Origin: Firmicutes bacterium ADurb.Bin080
GTDB lineage: Bacteria > Bacillota > Clostridia > Christensenellales > DTU072
Assembly (NCBI GenBank): GCA_002070965.1
Contig: MWEH01000151.1
Location: 2,252-66,251 of the forward strand
Direction of reading: 5' to 3'
DNA: 64,000 bases
Shown here: positions 27,159 through 35,282 of the stretch, one piece after another
How the letters are laid out: each line of letters starts with the position of its first letter
Numbering within the stretch: the stretch's first letter is position 1
Translations under genes and position numbers: made by a program
The notes under the pieces: generated by a model
Told to the model about the DNA's origin: nothing
Databases searched by the model: none
What the model saw: only the letters and a program-made list of their open reading frames with translations

Positions 27159-28433
27159 CTATTCAAGTCTAACTCTAATTGAATTAGCGTGGCCGGTTAG
27201 ACCTTCCCTCTCGGCAAATATTATAACACTCTTGGAGTCCTCAATAAATTTTGATTTAGAGTAAGAAATATACTGCATTTTTTTTGTAAAGCTTTCTACT
27301 GATAGGGGAGAAAAAAATCTTGCTGAACCACCTGTAGGAAGAACGTGATTACTTCCCGCAATATAATCCCCTATTGGCTCAGGGGTATATTCTCCAAGGA
27401 AGACTGATCCTGCATTATAAATTCTTTCCAATATAACTTCTGGCTTCTCAACCATAATTTCAAGATGCTCTGGGGAAATGTAATTTGCAATTTCTATACT
27501 CTCTTCAATGTCTTTGGTGATAATAATCACTCCATATTCCTCTAAAGCCTTGCTTGTTATCTCTGCTCTTTCAAGGCGAGATAGTTGATTTTTTAGTTCT
27601 TCTAATGTTCTCTTCGCAACTGCCTCTGAATCTGTTACCAAAATGGCTGAAGCAAGTTTATCGTGTTCTGCCTGAGAAATTAAATCAGCGGCAATGAACC
27701 TTTCCCTTCCTTTGTTGTCAGCAATTATCGTAATCTCAGAAGGTCCAGCAATCATATCTATATCACAAGTTCCATAAACCAATTTTTTGGCAGTAGCTAC
27801 ATATATATTCCCAGGCCCAACAATTTTATCAACCTTTCTTATGGTTTCAGTTCCATATGCTAAAGCCGCTATCCCGTGGGCCCCTCCAACCGTATAAAGA
27901 GAATTGACTCCAGCGATATATGCTGCGGCAAGTATATCCAAATTTACTCCATTTTTTGATGGAGGAGTAATTATAACTATCTCCTCTACTCCCGCAATTT
28001 TCGCGGGGATTGCATTCATTAAAACAGATGAAGGATATGAAGCAGTACCTCCGGGTACATATAACCCCACTCTTTTCAGGGGACGAATAATTTGCCCCAA
28101 TTCACTTCCCTCGTCAGTTATTTTTATCCCTTTTTGTATCTGCTCGTTGTGAAAAGCGCTTATCCTTTCTGTTGCTTTTATCAGAACATCTTTAAACTCC
28201 TCATCCAGAGAAGTAAAGGCTTCTTTAAAATCCTTACCAGTATACTCTTTTATTTCCTCAGTTCCATCAAACTTAAGTGCGTACCCTTTTAGCGCTTTAT
28301 CCTTATTCTTTCGCACATTTTCAAGTATTTCCCTAACAACGTTCTCAACATTCTTATTGTTGGTTAAAACCTTTTCTCTTTGCATATCGAGAAAATCAAA
28401 GATACTCTCTTTAGAGGTATTAATTATCTTCAT
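27159..28433 (-). CDS. hisD: Histidinol dehydrogenase
   Basis: 424-aa ORF with YVPGG.A.YPSSVLM, SQAEHD and GDY..G.NHVLPT motifs. Confidence 0.92.
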   Translation of the reverse strand: MKIINTSKESIFDFLDMQREKVLTNNKNVENVVREILENVRKNKDKALKGYALKFDGTEEIKEYTGKDFKEAFTSLDEEFKDVLIKATERISAFHNEQIQKGIKITDEGSELGQIIRPLKRVGLYVPGGTASYPSSVLMNAIPAKIAGVEEIVIITPPSKNGVNLDILAAAYIAGVNSLYTVGGAHGIAALAYGTETIRKVDKIVGPGNIYVATAKKLVYGTCDIDMIAGPSEITIIADNKGRERFIAADLISQAEHDKLASAILVTDSEAVAKRTLEELKNQLSRLERAEITSKALEEYGVIIITKDIEESIEIANYISPEHLEIMVEKPEVILERIYNAGSVFLGEYTPEPIGDYIAGSNHVLPTGGSARFFSPLSVESFTKKMQYISYSKSKFIEDSKSVIIFAEREGLTGHANSIRVRLE

Positions 28434-28529
28434 TTCGTTTTCCTTTTACTTTATTCTCTATTTTTCCGTATTTACATACTAATTGCTGGCACTAACCAGT
28501 GTTACATTCCCATGATACTATACAATACA

Positions 28530-29159
28530 CTATATATTCACTGATATCTTCCTGCAAAAACTAAGTATTTCTTCCTTTTTAGTTTTTAAACTTACTGGGT
28601 TTGATATCAGACGAGCTGAAATCTCGGCCACAGTTTCTATTACTTCAAGCCCATTTTCTCTTAGAGTCGAACCTGTTTCGACAATATCCACAATACCATC
28701 AGCAAGATTTAAAATTGGAGCAAGCTCAACTGACCCTTCGATTTTGACAATTTCAATCGGATAATCCTTAGTTTCAAAATACTCCTTAGTCACTTCTGGA
28801 TATTTTGTGGCAACAGTTTTTAAACTATACCCTGAATAAAACTTTTTTCCCTTCAATACCGCAAGAGCAAATCTACACTTTCCGAAAGGAAGAGCGGCTA
28901 TCTCGTTAACAGGTCTTTTCATTTCCATAAGAGTATCCTTTCCGACCACTCCTATATCAGACACTCCTCTTTCGACATATGTTACGACATCGCAGGCCTT
29001 TGCAAAAATAAAGCGATACACACCATCCACTTCAACCACTAACTTTCTCCCTTTGTCCACTAAGCAACCACATGCTATTCCAGCTTTCTCTAAGAGTTCA
29101 ACTGTTTTTTCCTCTAATCTTCCCTTTGTAAGTGCAATATTTAGCATTTTTTTCTCCAT
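28530..29159 (-). CDS. hisG: ATP phosphoribosyltransferase, short (HisZ-dependent) form
   Basis: 209-aa ORF. The more likely start is the second ATG at 29147 (GGAG RBS). It has L.IALTKGRL and IVETGSTL motifs and no C-terminal regulatory domain. Confidence 0.9.
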   Translation of the reverse strand: MEKKMLNIALTKGRLEEKTVELLEKAGIACGCLVDKGRKLVVEVDGVYRFIFAKACDVVTYVERGVSDIGVVGKDTLMEMKRPVNEIAALPFGKCRFALAVLKGKKFYSGYSLKTVATKYPEVTKEYFETKDYPIEIVKIEGSVELAPILNLADGIVDIVETGSTLRENGLEVIETVAEISARLISNPVSLKTKKEEILSFCRKISVNI

Positions 29160-29225
29160 TAATTCTTTTTGTTCAAGATATAAATTACATTATATATAAT
29201 AATATTCGTCTATATCCGTTATTAA

Positions 29226-30413
29226 CTATATGTCATTCTCCTTAATTTTCCCATCCTTATCTATTGTTATGACTATTTTTGCTTTTATCGCATTAGCCCA
29301 TTTTATTGTATCCTCTTCCGAATCGCATAATGAGACAACACATCTATATCCTCTTTCCTTTAATTCAACGAATATTGGATCTTCATAATTAACTTGAGCA
29401 CTAGAAGAGGAAAAAACCACTGCCTTTTTTCTATCTAAGTCGTCTATTTCCATTTTCGATAAAATTTCCAGAGCTTCGTTGAAATTAATTGCAAATCCGA
29501 TTGCAGGGATATTCAAGCCATAGTCACCATATAGAGAATCATATCTGCCCCCAGACATTACTTCTGTACCTACTCCATCCACAAAACATCTAAAAACCAT
29601 ACCTGTATAATATTGATAATCATTTAGTATTGATAAATCAAACAAAATATTATCCTGAAGTCCCTCGTTCATCAAACCCTGGTAAAGTTTTTCCAGCTCC
29701 AGTACTGCGGAAAAAGCTTGATTGTCTTTTAATATATTTTTTGCCTGAGACAATATCTCTTTCCCGCCAAAGAGACGTGCTATTTCTTTTAGAATTTTAC
29801 CTTTTTCTCCTAATTTTGAAGCAATTAAGTCAACCTCCGGGAAGTTTTTCTTAGAGATGGCACTTTTTGCAGCCTCTTTGAACTGTCCAAACGAGTCTAG
29901 AACTGAACCAATTATTCCCATATGTCCTATCTCGATAAAAAAATCGTCCCCGAATAATTCCTTCATGCTTTTTATCCCAAGAATCAGAATTTCTAAGTCA
30001 GATTTATAGCCAGTTCCTCCGATAAGTTCAATACCCATCTGAATGATTTCATCTGATTTCCGATTAAAACTCAAATTTCTCTTAAATACCGGTTGAGAAT
30101 AATATAATTTAATAGGAAGCACAAAATCTTTTAGTCTTGATGCAAAGAGTCTTGCGATTGGTTTTGTAGAGTCTGGTCTCATTGTTATGAGTCTTCCGCT
30201 ACCGTCAGTAAGTGTATAAAGCTCGTTCTGAGAAACTCTACCTACCCCTTCTGAAAATACATCATAAAACTCAAGACTGGTTGTCATTACTTCATCGTAT
30301 CCATAATTTTCAAATAAGTTTCTAACCCGGTTTTCGGCATTTTTTCTAATTTTGCACTCTTTAAAAAGATAGTCCATTGTGCCTTCGGGAGTAATTTTAT
30401 CATATCTTCTCAT
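29226..30413 (-). CDS. hisZ: ATP phosphoribosyltransferase regulatory subunit (HisRS paralogue)
   Basis: 395-aa class-II aaRS-like ORF without an anticodon-binding domain. It lies directly upstream of the short hisG. Confidence 0.85.
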   Translation of the reverse strand: MRRYDKITPEGTMDYLFKECKIRKNAENRVRNLFENYGYDEVMTTSLEFYDVFSEGVGRVSQNELYTLTDGSGRLITMRPDSTKPIARLFASRLKDFVLPIKLYYSQPVFKRNLSFNRKSDEIIQMGIELIGGTGYKSDLEILILGIKSMKELFGDDFFIEIGHMGIIGSVLDSFGQFKEAAKSAISKKNFPEVDLIASKLGEKGKILKEIARLFGGKEILSQAKNILKDNQAFSAVLELEKLYQGLMNEGLQDNILFDLSILNDYQYYTGMVFRCFVDGVGTEVMSGGRYDSLYGDYGLNIPAIGFAINFNEALEILSKMEIDDLDRKKAVVFSSSSAQVNYEDPIFVELKERGYRCVVSLCDSEEDTIKWANAIKAKIVITIDKDGKIKENDI

Positions 30414-30452
30414 CTTCTCTCCTTTATCGCATTAGCGTGCTAAAGTGCTTTG

Positions 30453-30481
30453 ATATTAACATGTATAATCGATTGTGTCAA
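30453..30481 (-). promoter_or_regulatory. Promoter TTGACA-17-TAATAT for the his operon
   Basis: On the minus strand, TTGACA (30476-30481), 17-nt spacer, TAATAT (30453-30458). The leader is only about 40 nt, which leaves no room for a T-box or attenuator. Confidence 0.55.
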
Positions 30482-30482
30482 T

Positions 30483-30515
30483 AAAAAATCAAGGATTTAG
30501 GCCCTTGACTTTTTT
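30483..30515 (-). terminator. Rho-independent terminator downstream of the ADP-ribosylglycohydrolase gene and its repeats
   Basis: aaaaaag-TCAAGG-gcctaaat-CCTTGA-tttttt on the minus strand (6-bp stem, U6). Confidence 0.6.
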
Positions 30516-30528
30516 CTTAACCAAATAT

Positions 30529-30759
30529 ATTGAAATTATATCAGTAAACTCCTGTCAATTCTTTCTGTTTTTAAACTTCTTTACTACTTCTTTTTCTTCC
30601 AAAGATTGAACTTATATCAACAAACTACTGTCAATTCTTTCTGTTTTTAAAACTTCTTTACCACTTCTTTTTCTTCCCAAGATTGAGCTTATATCAACAA
30701 ACTCCTGTCAATTCTTTCTGTTTTTTTAAACTGCTGTACTACTTCTCTTTCTTCCGAAG
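30529..30759. repeat. Tandem direct repeat (76 + 77 + 78 nt) made of three copies of the last 23 codons or so, plus stop, of the ADP-ribosylglycohydrolase gene
   Basis: Copies at 30529-30604, 30605-30681 and 30682-30759 align end to end with a handful of mismatches and 1-nt indels. Only the third is in frame with the CDS (real stop at 30689-30691). The second hits a premature stop after an indel. Confidence 0.9.
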
Positions 30760-31516
30760 AAAGAAAACTGAGAGCTTTAGAAACAATTCTTTGATTAATT
30801 TCTGGATAGAAGTAGAAAGCTTCTGCAATAGATCCAGTAATGGCTGCTAATGTGTCGCTGTCACCCCCCAATGATATGGCAGTTTGTATTGCATCTATAA
30901 AGCTTTTAGACTCTAAAAAAGCCCTGATAGCCTGAGGCACTGTACCTTGACAAGTTACATCATAAGTATAACTCTTCCTGATATCATCTATTCTAAAACT
31001 CATTGGATAGTAGTTATAGTGAACGTACTTTAGAATATACTCTTTACTTTTTCCTTGTCGACAAAGCAAAATACAGGCGGCTACTGCCTCTGCCCCTTTT
31101 ATTCCCTCGGGATGGTTATGGGTTACCTCAGTTACTTTCCTAGATAATTCTTTTAGTTGGTCCATATTCGAAGCAAACCATCCTACTGGACTAATTCTCA
31201 TTGCAGCACCATTCCCATAACTTTCGTAAGGCTCCGGATTTTCACTCTCAAGCCATTGTTTGAATGCTTGCCCGTAATCGCCGTTTGGGTTTTTACATCC
31301 AAAATACCTCATCCAATATACAGTTTTTTCTGATAGATCACTATAATCTTCCTTTGAATCCAGTAGAGCCTTGGCTACTGCAACAGTCATTATACTATCA
31401 TCAGTTGCGTAACTACCCTCTTTGAACCAAACAAAATCCTTTTCTTTGATATTGTTATATTCATATAAAGAACCTACTACATCCCCAATAATTGCTCCAA
31501 TCATATATTCCTCCAA
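30689..31516 (-). CDS. ADP-ribosylglycohydrolase family protein
   Basis: 275-aa ORF. GAIIGDVVGS..E near the N-terminus, a TDDS motif and GGDSDT near the C-terminus are typical of the DraG/ARH family. Confidence 0.8.
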   Translation of the reverse strand: MEEYMIGAIIGDVVGSLYEYNNIKEKDFVWFKEGSYATDDSIMTVAVAKALLDSKEDYSDLSEKTVYWMRYFGCKNPNGDYGQAFKQWLESENPEPYESYGNGAAMRISPVGWFASNMDQLKELSRKVTEVTHNHPEGIKGAEAVAACILLCRQGKSKEYILKYVHYNYYPMSFRIDDIRKSYTYDVTCQGTVPQAIRAFLESKSFIDAIQTAISLGGDSDTLAAITGSIAEAFYFYPEINQRIVSKALSFLSSEEREVVQQFKKTERIDRSLLI

Positions 31517-31591
31517 TATACTTTTGTTAATTATACATCTTTTTATAAGCTCTTTAAAGGATAAAAGAAACTGTTAACAAATAGTATAATG

Positions 31592-32119
31592 CTACGCTAT
31601 CGAAACCGTTAAAGAATTTAGTGTAATTGAGTTAGGAGTATTTAAGGTTACCCCAGACATTACTAAATAAACATATCCATCGTTTGCTAAAGAAAATGAA
31701 GAAAGGTTTAATGTTACATTTGCGGTTCTGTTAGTTCTAAAAGTAATATTGCTAGATGTTCTAATTAACGTCCCCGAAGAGTTATATAGAGAAAATCTTG
31801 CAGTACTATTTTTATTCTTTACTGTACTTCTATAGTTTATGGTAATTGAGAGAGAATTAACAGTGTTCCCAGTCAAGTTGTATACGTTAACACGATTAGT
31901 TCCTGCTAAGTATGCTTGTAGAGATACTGCTATCAACTGTGACTCCGAATTTTCTTCAGGGACAAATACATACGAATATCCTGCAGGGGGAGTTACCACT
32001 TTAAAATTGTATTGTTCCTCATAAGCATATTTTGCCCCAGTATAAGGTACAGTCAGTAAAAAAGTCATAAGTAAAACAATCGTGAGGATAATTAAGTTTT
32101 TCTTCAAAGTCATTTTCAT
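31592..32119 (-). CDS. Exported protein, divergent TasA/camelysin-like paralogue (putative minor fibre subunit)
   Basis: 175-aa ORF with an N-terminal TM/signal segment followed by TGAKYAYEE, related to the (A/G)-K-(F/Y)-(T/A) motif of the two upstream paralogues. It is Asn/Ser/Thr-rich with beta-strand-like composition. Its start overlaps the previous stop by 4 nt. Confidence 0.55.
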   Translation of the reverse strand: MKMTLKKNLIILTIVLLMTFLLTVPYTGAKYAYEEQYNFKVVTPPAGYSYVFVPEENSESQLIAVSLQAYLAGTNRVNVYNLTGNTVNSLSITINYRSTVKNKNSTARFSLYNSSGTLIRTSSNITFRTNRTANVTLNLSSFSLANDGYVYLVMSGVTLNTPNSITLNSLTVSIA

Positions 32120-32634
32120 TCTTCCACCTGCTTTTGAGTGGTAATAAAATCTAGATCCAGTGATTTTACAGGTCCCACTGGAGTACTTCCATAAAGAACA
32201 AACCTAACATACTTATACTCATCAACGGCCAGATCAAAAGAAAAAGGTAAGGAAGAAATCAAAGTCCCAGTACCTGAAGAGGAAGATCCCAGATCATATA
32301 TCGAATAGTTTGGAAGAGAATATCCAGAAACGGACAATACAGTCATGGCAACATTAACCGCTACCTCAGAATTCTCATTAGTAATTTTAAAAATATATTC
32401 TTGTGTTTGCGAATTTTGCAAAACAACAACACCATTATTTGATGCCTCAACTTGCGAGTCAATACATTCAACATTTACCGAATATCTGGCAACGCGTGCT
32501 GAATCACTTGCGTTAGTCGAATAGGTATATTTTCCAAGTGTTACCCCTACCGACACGACAAGGAGAAGTAATGCCGAATAAAGCATATACCTCAGAACCT
32601 TTTTTAATACTTTTGTCGAGAGCGGTTTTTTCAT
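32116..32634 (-). CDS. Exported TasA/camelysin-like protein with a SipW-type signal peptide
   Basis: 172-aa ORF. LGKYTYSTNASDSARVARYSV parallels LAKFTTSFNGSDTARVAKFEV of the 33427-34026 product. Confidence 0.6.
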   Translation of the reverse strand: MKKPLSTKVLKKVLRYMLYSALLLLVVSVGVTLGKYTYSTNASDSARVARYSVNVECIDSQVEASNNGVVVLQNSQTQEYIFKITNENSEVAVNVAMTVLSVSGYSLPNYSIYDLGSSSSGTGTLISSLPFSFDLAVDEYKYVRFVLYGSTPVGPVKSLDLDFITTQKQVEE

Positions 32635-32699
32635 TTGATTTTTTCTCAGTTTTTTTATTTTGTATGTTAGTTGCGAAAATTTCTTATTTGGTTATACGC

Positions 32700-33263
32700 T
32701 TACTTGATTTTACCTTCTTTTTTGTTTCTTGCTTTTATGGATTTCTTAATCCAAGCTACGATACTGTCTGAAAACAATAATGCCAGTAAGATTATGAGAG
32801 CAACAGCTATCCCAACTGGAGTTTGAAACCATCCGAGAACTTTTCCAATACCCTCTATTTTCCCTACAACTTTTCCAATAACATTTTCCGAGGCCACCGG
32901 ATCATCTGGAGTATTGTTAGCATCTCCTTGAGCAATATAGTTTTCTTCTGATATATCTACAATTCGATGAGTAACAAAAGAGTTCCCATGTTTATAAGTG
33001 ATTATTTCCCCAACCTTATAGCCCTGTTCTTGAGACTTAATTATCACCAGATCATCAACGGAGATCTCTGGTTCCATGCTACCTGATGTAACAATTGCAC
33101 TTGCATAACCAAATATTTTTGGCATCGGGTTTTTGAAGAAAAACTTTGATATAGCGTTATACACGCCTAGAATAAAAAGCATTATTACAAAGATTGAGAC
33201 TAAGGATATAAAAATCTTAGCAACAATTTTTAATATTTTCTTTTTTTTTAATGTTCTATCCAA
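32700..33263 (-). CDS. Signal peptidase I, SipW (ER/archaeal S26B) type
   Basis: 187-aa ORF with a TTG start. It has an N-terminal TM helix, SGSMEP (catalytic Ser), THRI (His instead of the Lys of P-type SPases), a GDAN motif and a C-terminal TM helix. Confidence 0.85.
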   Translation of the reverse strand: MDRTLKKKKILKIVAKIFISLVSIFVIMLFILGVYNAISKFFFKNPMPKIFGYASAIVTSGSMEPEISVDDLVIIKSQEQGYKVGEIITYKHGNSFVTHRIVDISEENYIAQGDANNTPDDPVASENVIGKVVGKIEGIGKVLGWFQTPVGIAVALIILLALLFSDSIVAWIKKSIKARNKKEGKIK

Positions 33264-33364
33264 GATGTTTTTCTCCTAAATATCAGTATACAACTATATT
33301 ATTATCCCTATACAATATTCCTTTTTCACCAAATAATTTGTCTTTTGGGGCCCTTAGCTCCGCA

Positions 33365-33399
33365 AAATCCCATGTCACGTCTGGCGCGCCATGGGATTT
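33365..33399 (-). other. GC-rich intercistronic hairpin after the putative major subunit gene
   Basis: AAATCCCATG-15 nt loop-CATGGGATTT: 10-bp perfect stem. There is no U-tract, and it lies 28 nt downstream of the 33427 stop. Confidence 0.6.
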
Positions 33400-33426
33400 G
33401 CTTTGTCACAATATTAAGCTACGCTA

Positions 33427-34026
33427 TTAGGCGGCAACCTGATCAGCCTTAACTGACAGTGTTACTGTTACCTCGGCAGTTCCATCACTTCCCAGCGCTG
33501 TATCAAATTCATCCGAAGCAGCACCATTTGAAAATACCCATCTCCAGTATACGCTTACAGCTGAAGTTGATGCTCCGGGAGCAAGTGTTTGGTTTAAAAC
33601 TGATGCTAGAGCTGAATCAAGAGCTACATCTCCGGCGTCATAGAAGTTTGTGTTGTCAACGCTATACTGTATTGGAACGCCTGCAACATTTGTTTCAGAT
33701 AGTGTAAGAGAAGAAACTGCAACTGATACCTCGGAGGCATTTGCAAATACTAACTCTATACTTCCACTAGTTCCGGGGGCAATAACCTTCTCAGTTGAAC
33801 TGACGGCAGAGCCATAAGCAAAATCGAACAAATCGACGGATCCTTCATTGAAGCCAGTTGTGGTTACTTCGAATTTGGCAACCCTTGCTGTATCGCTTCC
33901 GTTAAATGAAGTTGTAAACTTTGCAAGAGTATTGCTTACAAGCACTCCAGTTAGCATCGCCACAATCAATAAAACTACTGCCATTTTCAAAACTTTGTTT
34001 CCATTAAATCTAATTTTCTTTTCCAT
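33427..34026 (-). CDS. Exported TasA/camelysin-like protein with a SipW-type signal peptide (putative major fibre subunit)
   Basis: 199-aa ORF with a strong RBS (AAGGAGA). The signal/TM segment is followed by LAKFTTSFNGSDTARVAKFEV. The mature part is Ala/Ser/Thr/Val-rich with a VIAPGTSG motif, and the gene is visibly more G+C-rich than its neighbours. Confidence 0.65.
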   Translation of the reverse strand: MEKKIRFNGNKVLKMAVVLLIVAMLTGVLVSNTLAKFTTSFNGSDTARVAKFEVTTTGFNEGSVDLFDFAYGSAVSSTEKVIAPGTSGSIELVFANASEVSVAVSSLTLSETNVAGVPIQYSVDNTNFYDAGDVALDSALASVLNQTLAPGASTSAVSVYWRWVFSNGAASDEFDTALGSDGTAEVTVTLSVKADQVAA

Positions 34027-34147
34027 TTTTTTCTCCTTTTAAAGTCGTAACTTTTTTTTATTTTTCATTATTTTTACAATATCAGTTTTCCCTTAACTCT
34101 CATGTAACAATATCACCAATAATCAGCGGTATTGTGCTTAAGTCACA

Positions 34148-34897
34148 CTATTTATCCGGTTTCTCGGTGACTTCGTCACTTAGGCTGTCTTCTGATACTT
34201 TTTTACCCTCATCATCTGCCAAAATTATATGGATGGTATCTTCATTTCCAGCTTCGATTAATCTCATGGGTTGTGTATTTTTGCTTGATTCTAGGAGCTT
34301 ATTCTTTGCGATCTTTCTCCTGAGTAGGTCATATACAATTATCAGAAGTACAGGTATACCTAGGAAAAGAACCAGACCTATTGGCGTCTGCAGAGCAAGG
34401 GATATATACCCCAGATTTTTTATTTTTGAAGAATAGAGTCCTATTATTGAAGAGTCCCTCACTTTTGCGGGCTCCCCGTTTATTTCCATGTCGACGTTAT
34501 TGTTCGCATCTCCCTTTGTAATATAATATTTGCCTTGAGAGTCTTCACTTATTTCAACAACTCTATGGGTAATTACTACATTATCCTCCGTTAGAAAGGC
34601 AATTATCTCATTAACCTCAATAATGTTACCTTCTTTAATAGCCTGTATAATAATTAAGTCCCCACTTTTTATCGCTCCAACCTCTCCAGTGTCCATACTA
34701 TCTGACATTACTGACAAAGGTATTAATCCAATTACCGAGGGGGGCGTTTCCGGGTTTATCGCTCCTTTTATTATTAGGCTAAGGTTGGCCAAAATGAGTA
34801 ACACTAGTAAAGCACAAATAATAATCGCTATTACCTTAAAACACACAATTAGTGTCTTCTTGGTCTTATCATTTATCCTTATTTTTAAAGGGAACAT
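34148..34897 (-). CDS. Signal peptidase I, SipW type, with an acidic C-terminal extension of about 60 aa
   Basis: 249-aa ORF with an N-terminal TM helix, SDSMD (Ser), THRV (His), a GDANN motif and a second TM helix, followed by a charged tail. Confidence 0.8.
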   Translation of the reverse strand: MFPLKIRINDKTKKTLIVCFKVIAIIICALLVLLILANLSLIIKGAINPETPPSVIGLIPLSVMSDSMDTGEVGAIKSGDLIIIQAIKEGNIIEVNEIIAFLTEDNVVITHRVVEISEDSQGKYYITKGDANNNVDMEINGEPAKVRDSSIIGLYSSKIKNLGYISLALQTPIGLVLFLGIPVLLIIVYDLLRRKIAKNKLLESSKNTQPMRLIEAGNEDTIHIILADDEGKKVSEDSLSDEVTEKPDK

Positions 34898-35282
34898 TAC
34901 TCTTTTTTCTCCTATATGACTAACGCCATTTTATTATAAATCTTCCATTTGAGCCATTAAATTGCATAAATATTATAAATAAACATAAAATATTTTACTA
35001 TTATTTTATTGCATGTGAATTGATTTTTCACACTTCCGTTTGGACTAAGTTCGATATCTCTGATATCATCCTTTTCAGCCCCCGAAATCTCTTCACAAAA
35101 GTTTCAGAATTCTTTTTTTAAACGGATGTTTATTACAGTCTGTTTTATTAGATTTTTCGTGGGATGGAAAACCTTATGCCAAAAAAAATCTATTCTGATT
35201 GGGCCTATCTGATTGCCATTTTCCATATTGATTCAATCATGCGCATTTGTTAAAATTGAATAATAGTTAGAGGGGTATTATT

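Noticed and set aside
30414-30452. His-specific T-box or leader peptide upstream of hisZ
   Set aside because: The leader between the predicted -10 element and the ATG is only about 40 nt. It has no His-codon run and no terminator.
35010-35035. CRP/FNR-like palindrome TGTGA...TCACA upstream of the GH gene and fibre operon
   Set aside because: The spacing between half-sites is 9 nt, not the 6 nt (CRP) or 4 nt (FNR) required. There are no supporting features.
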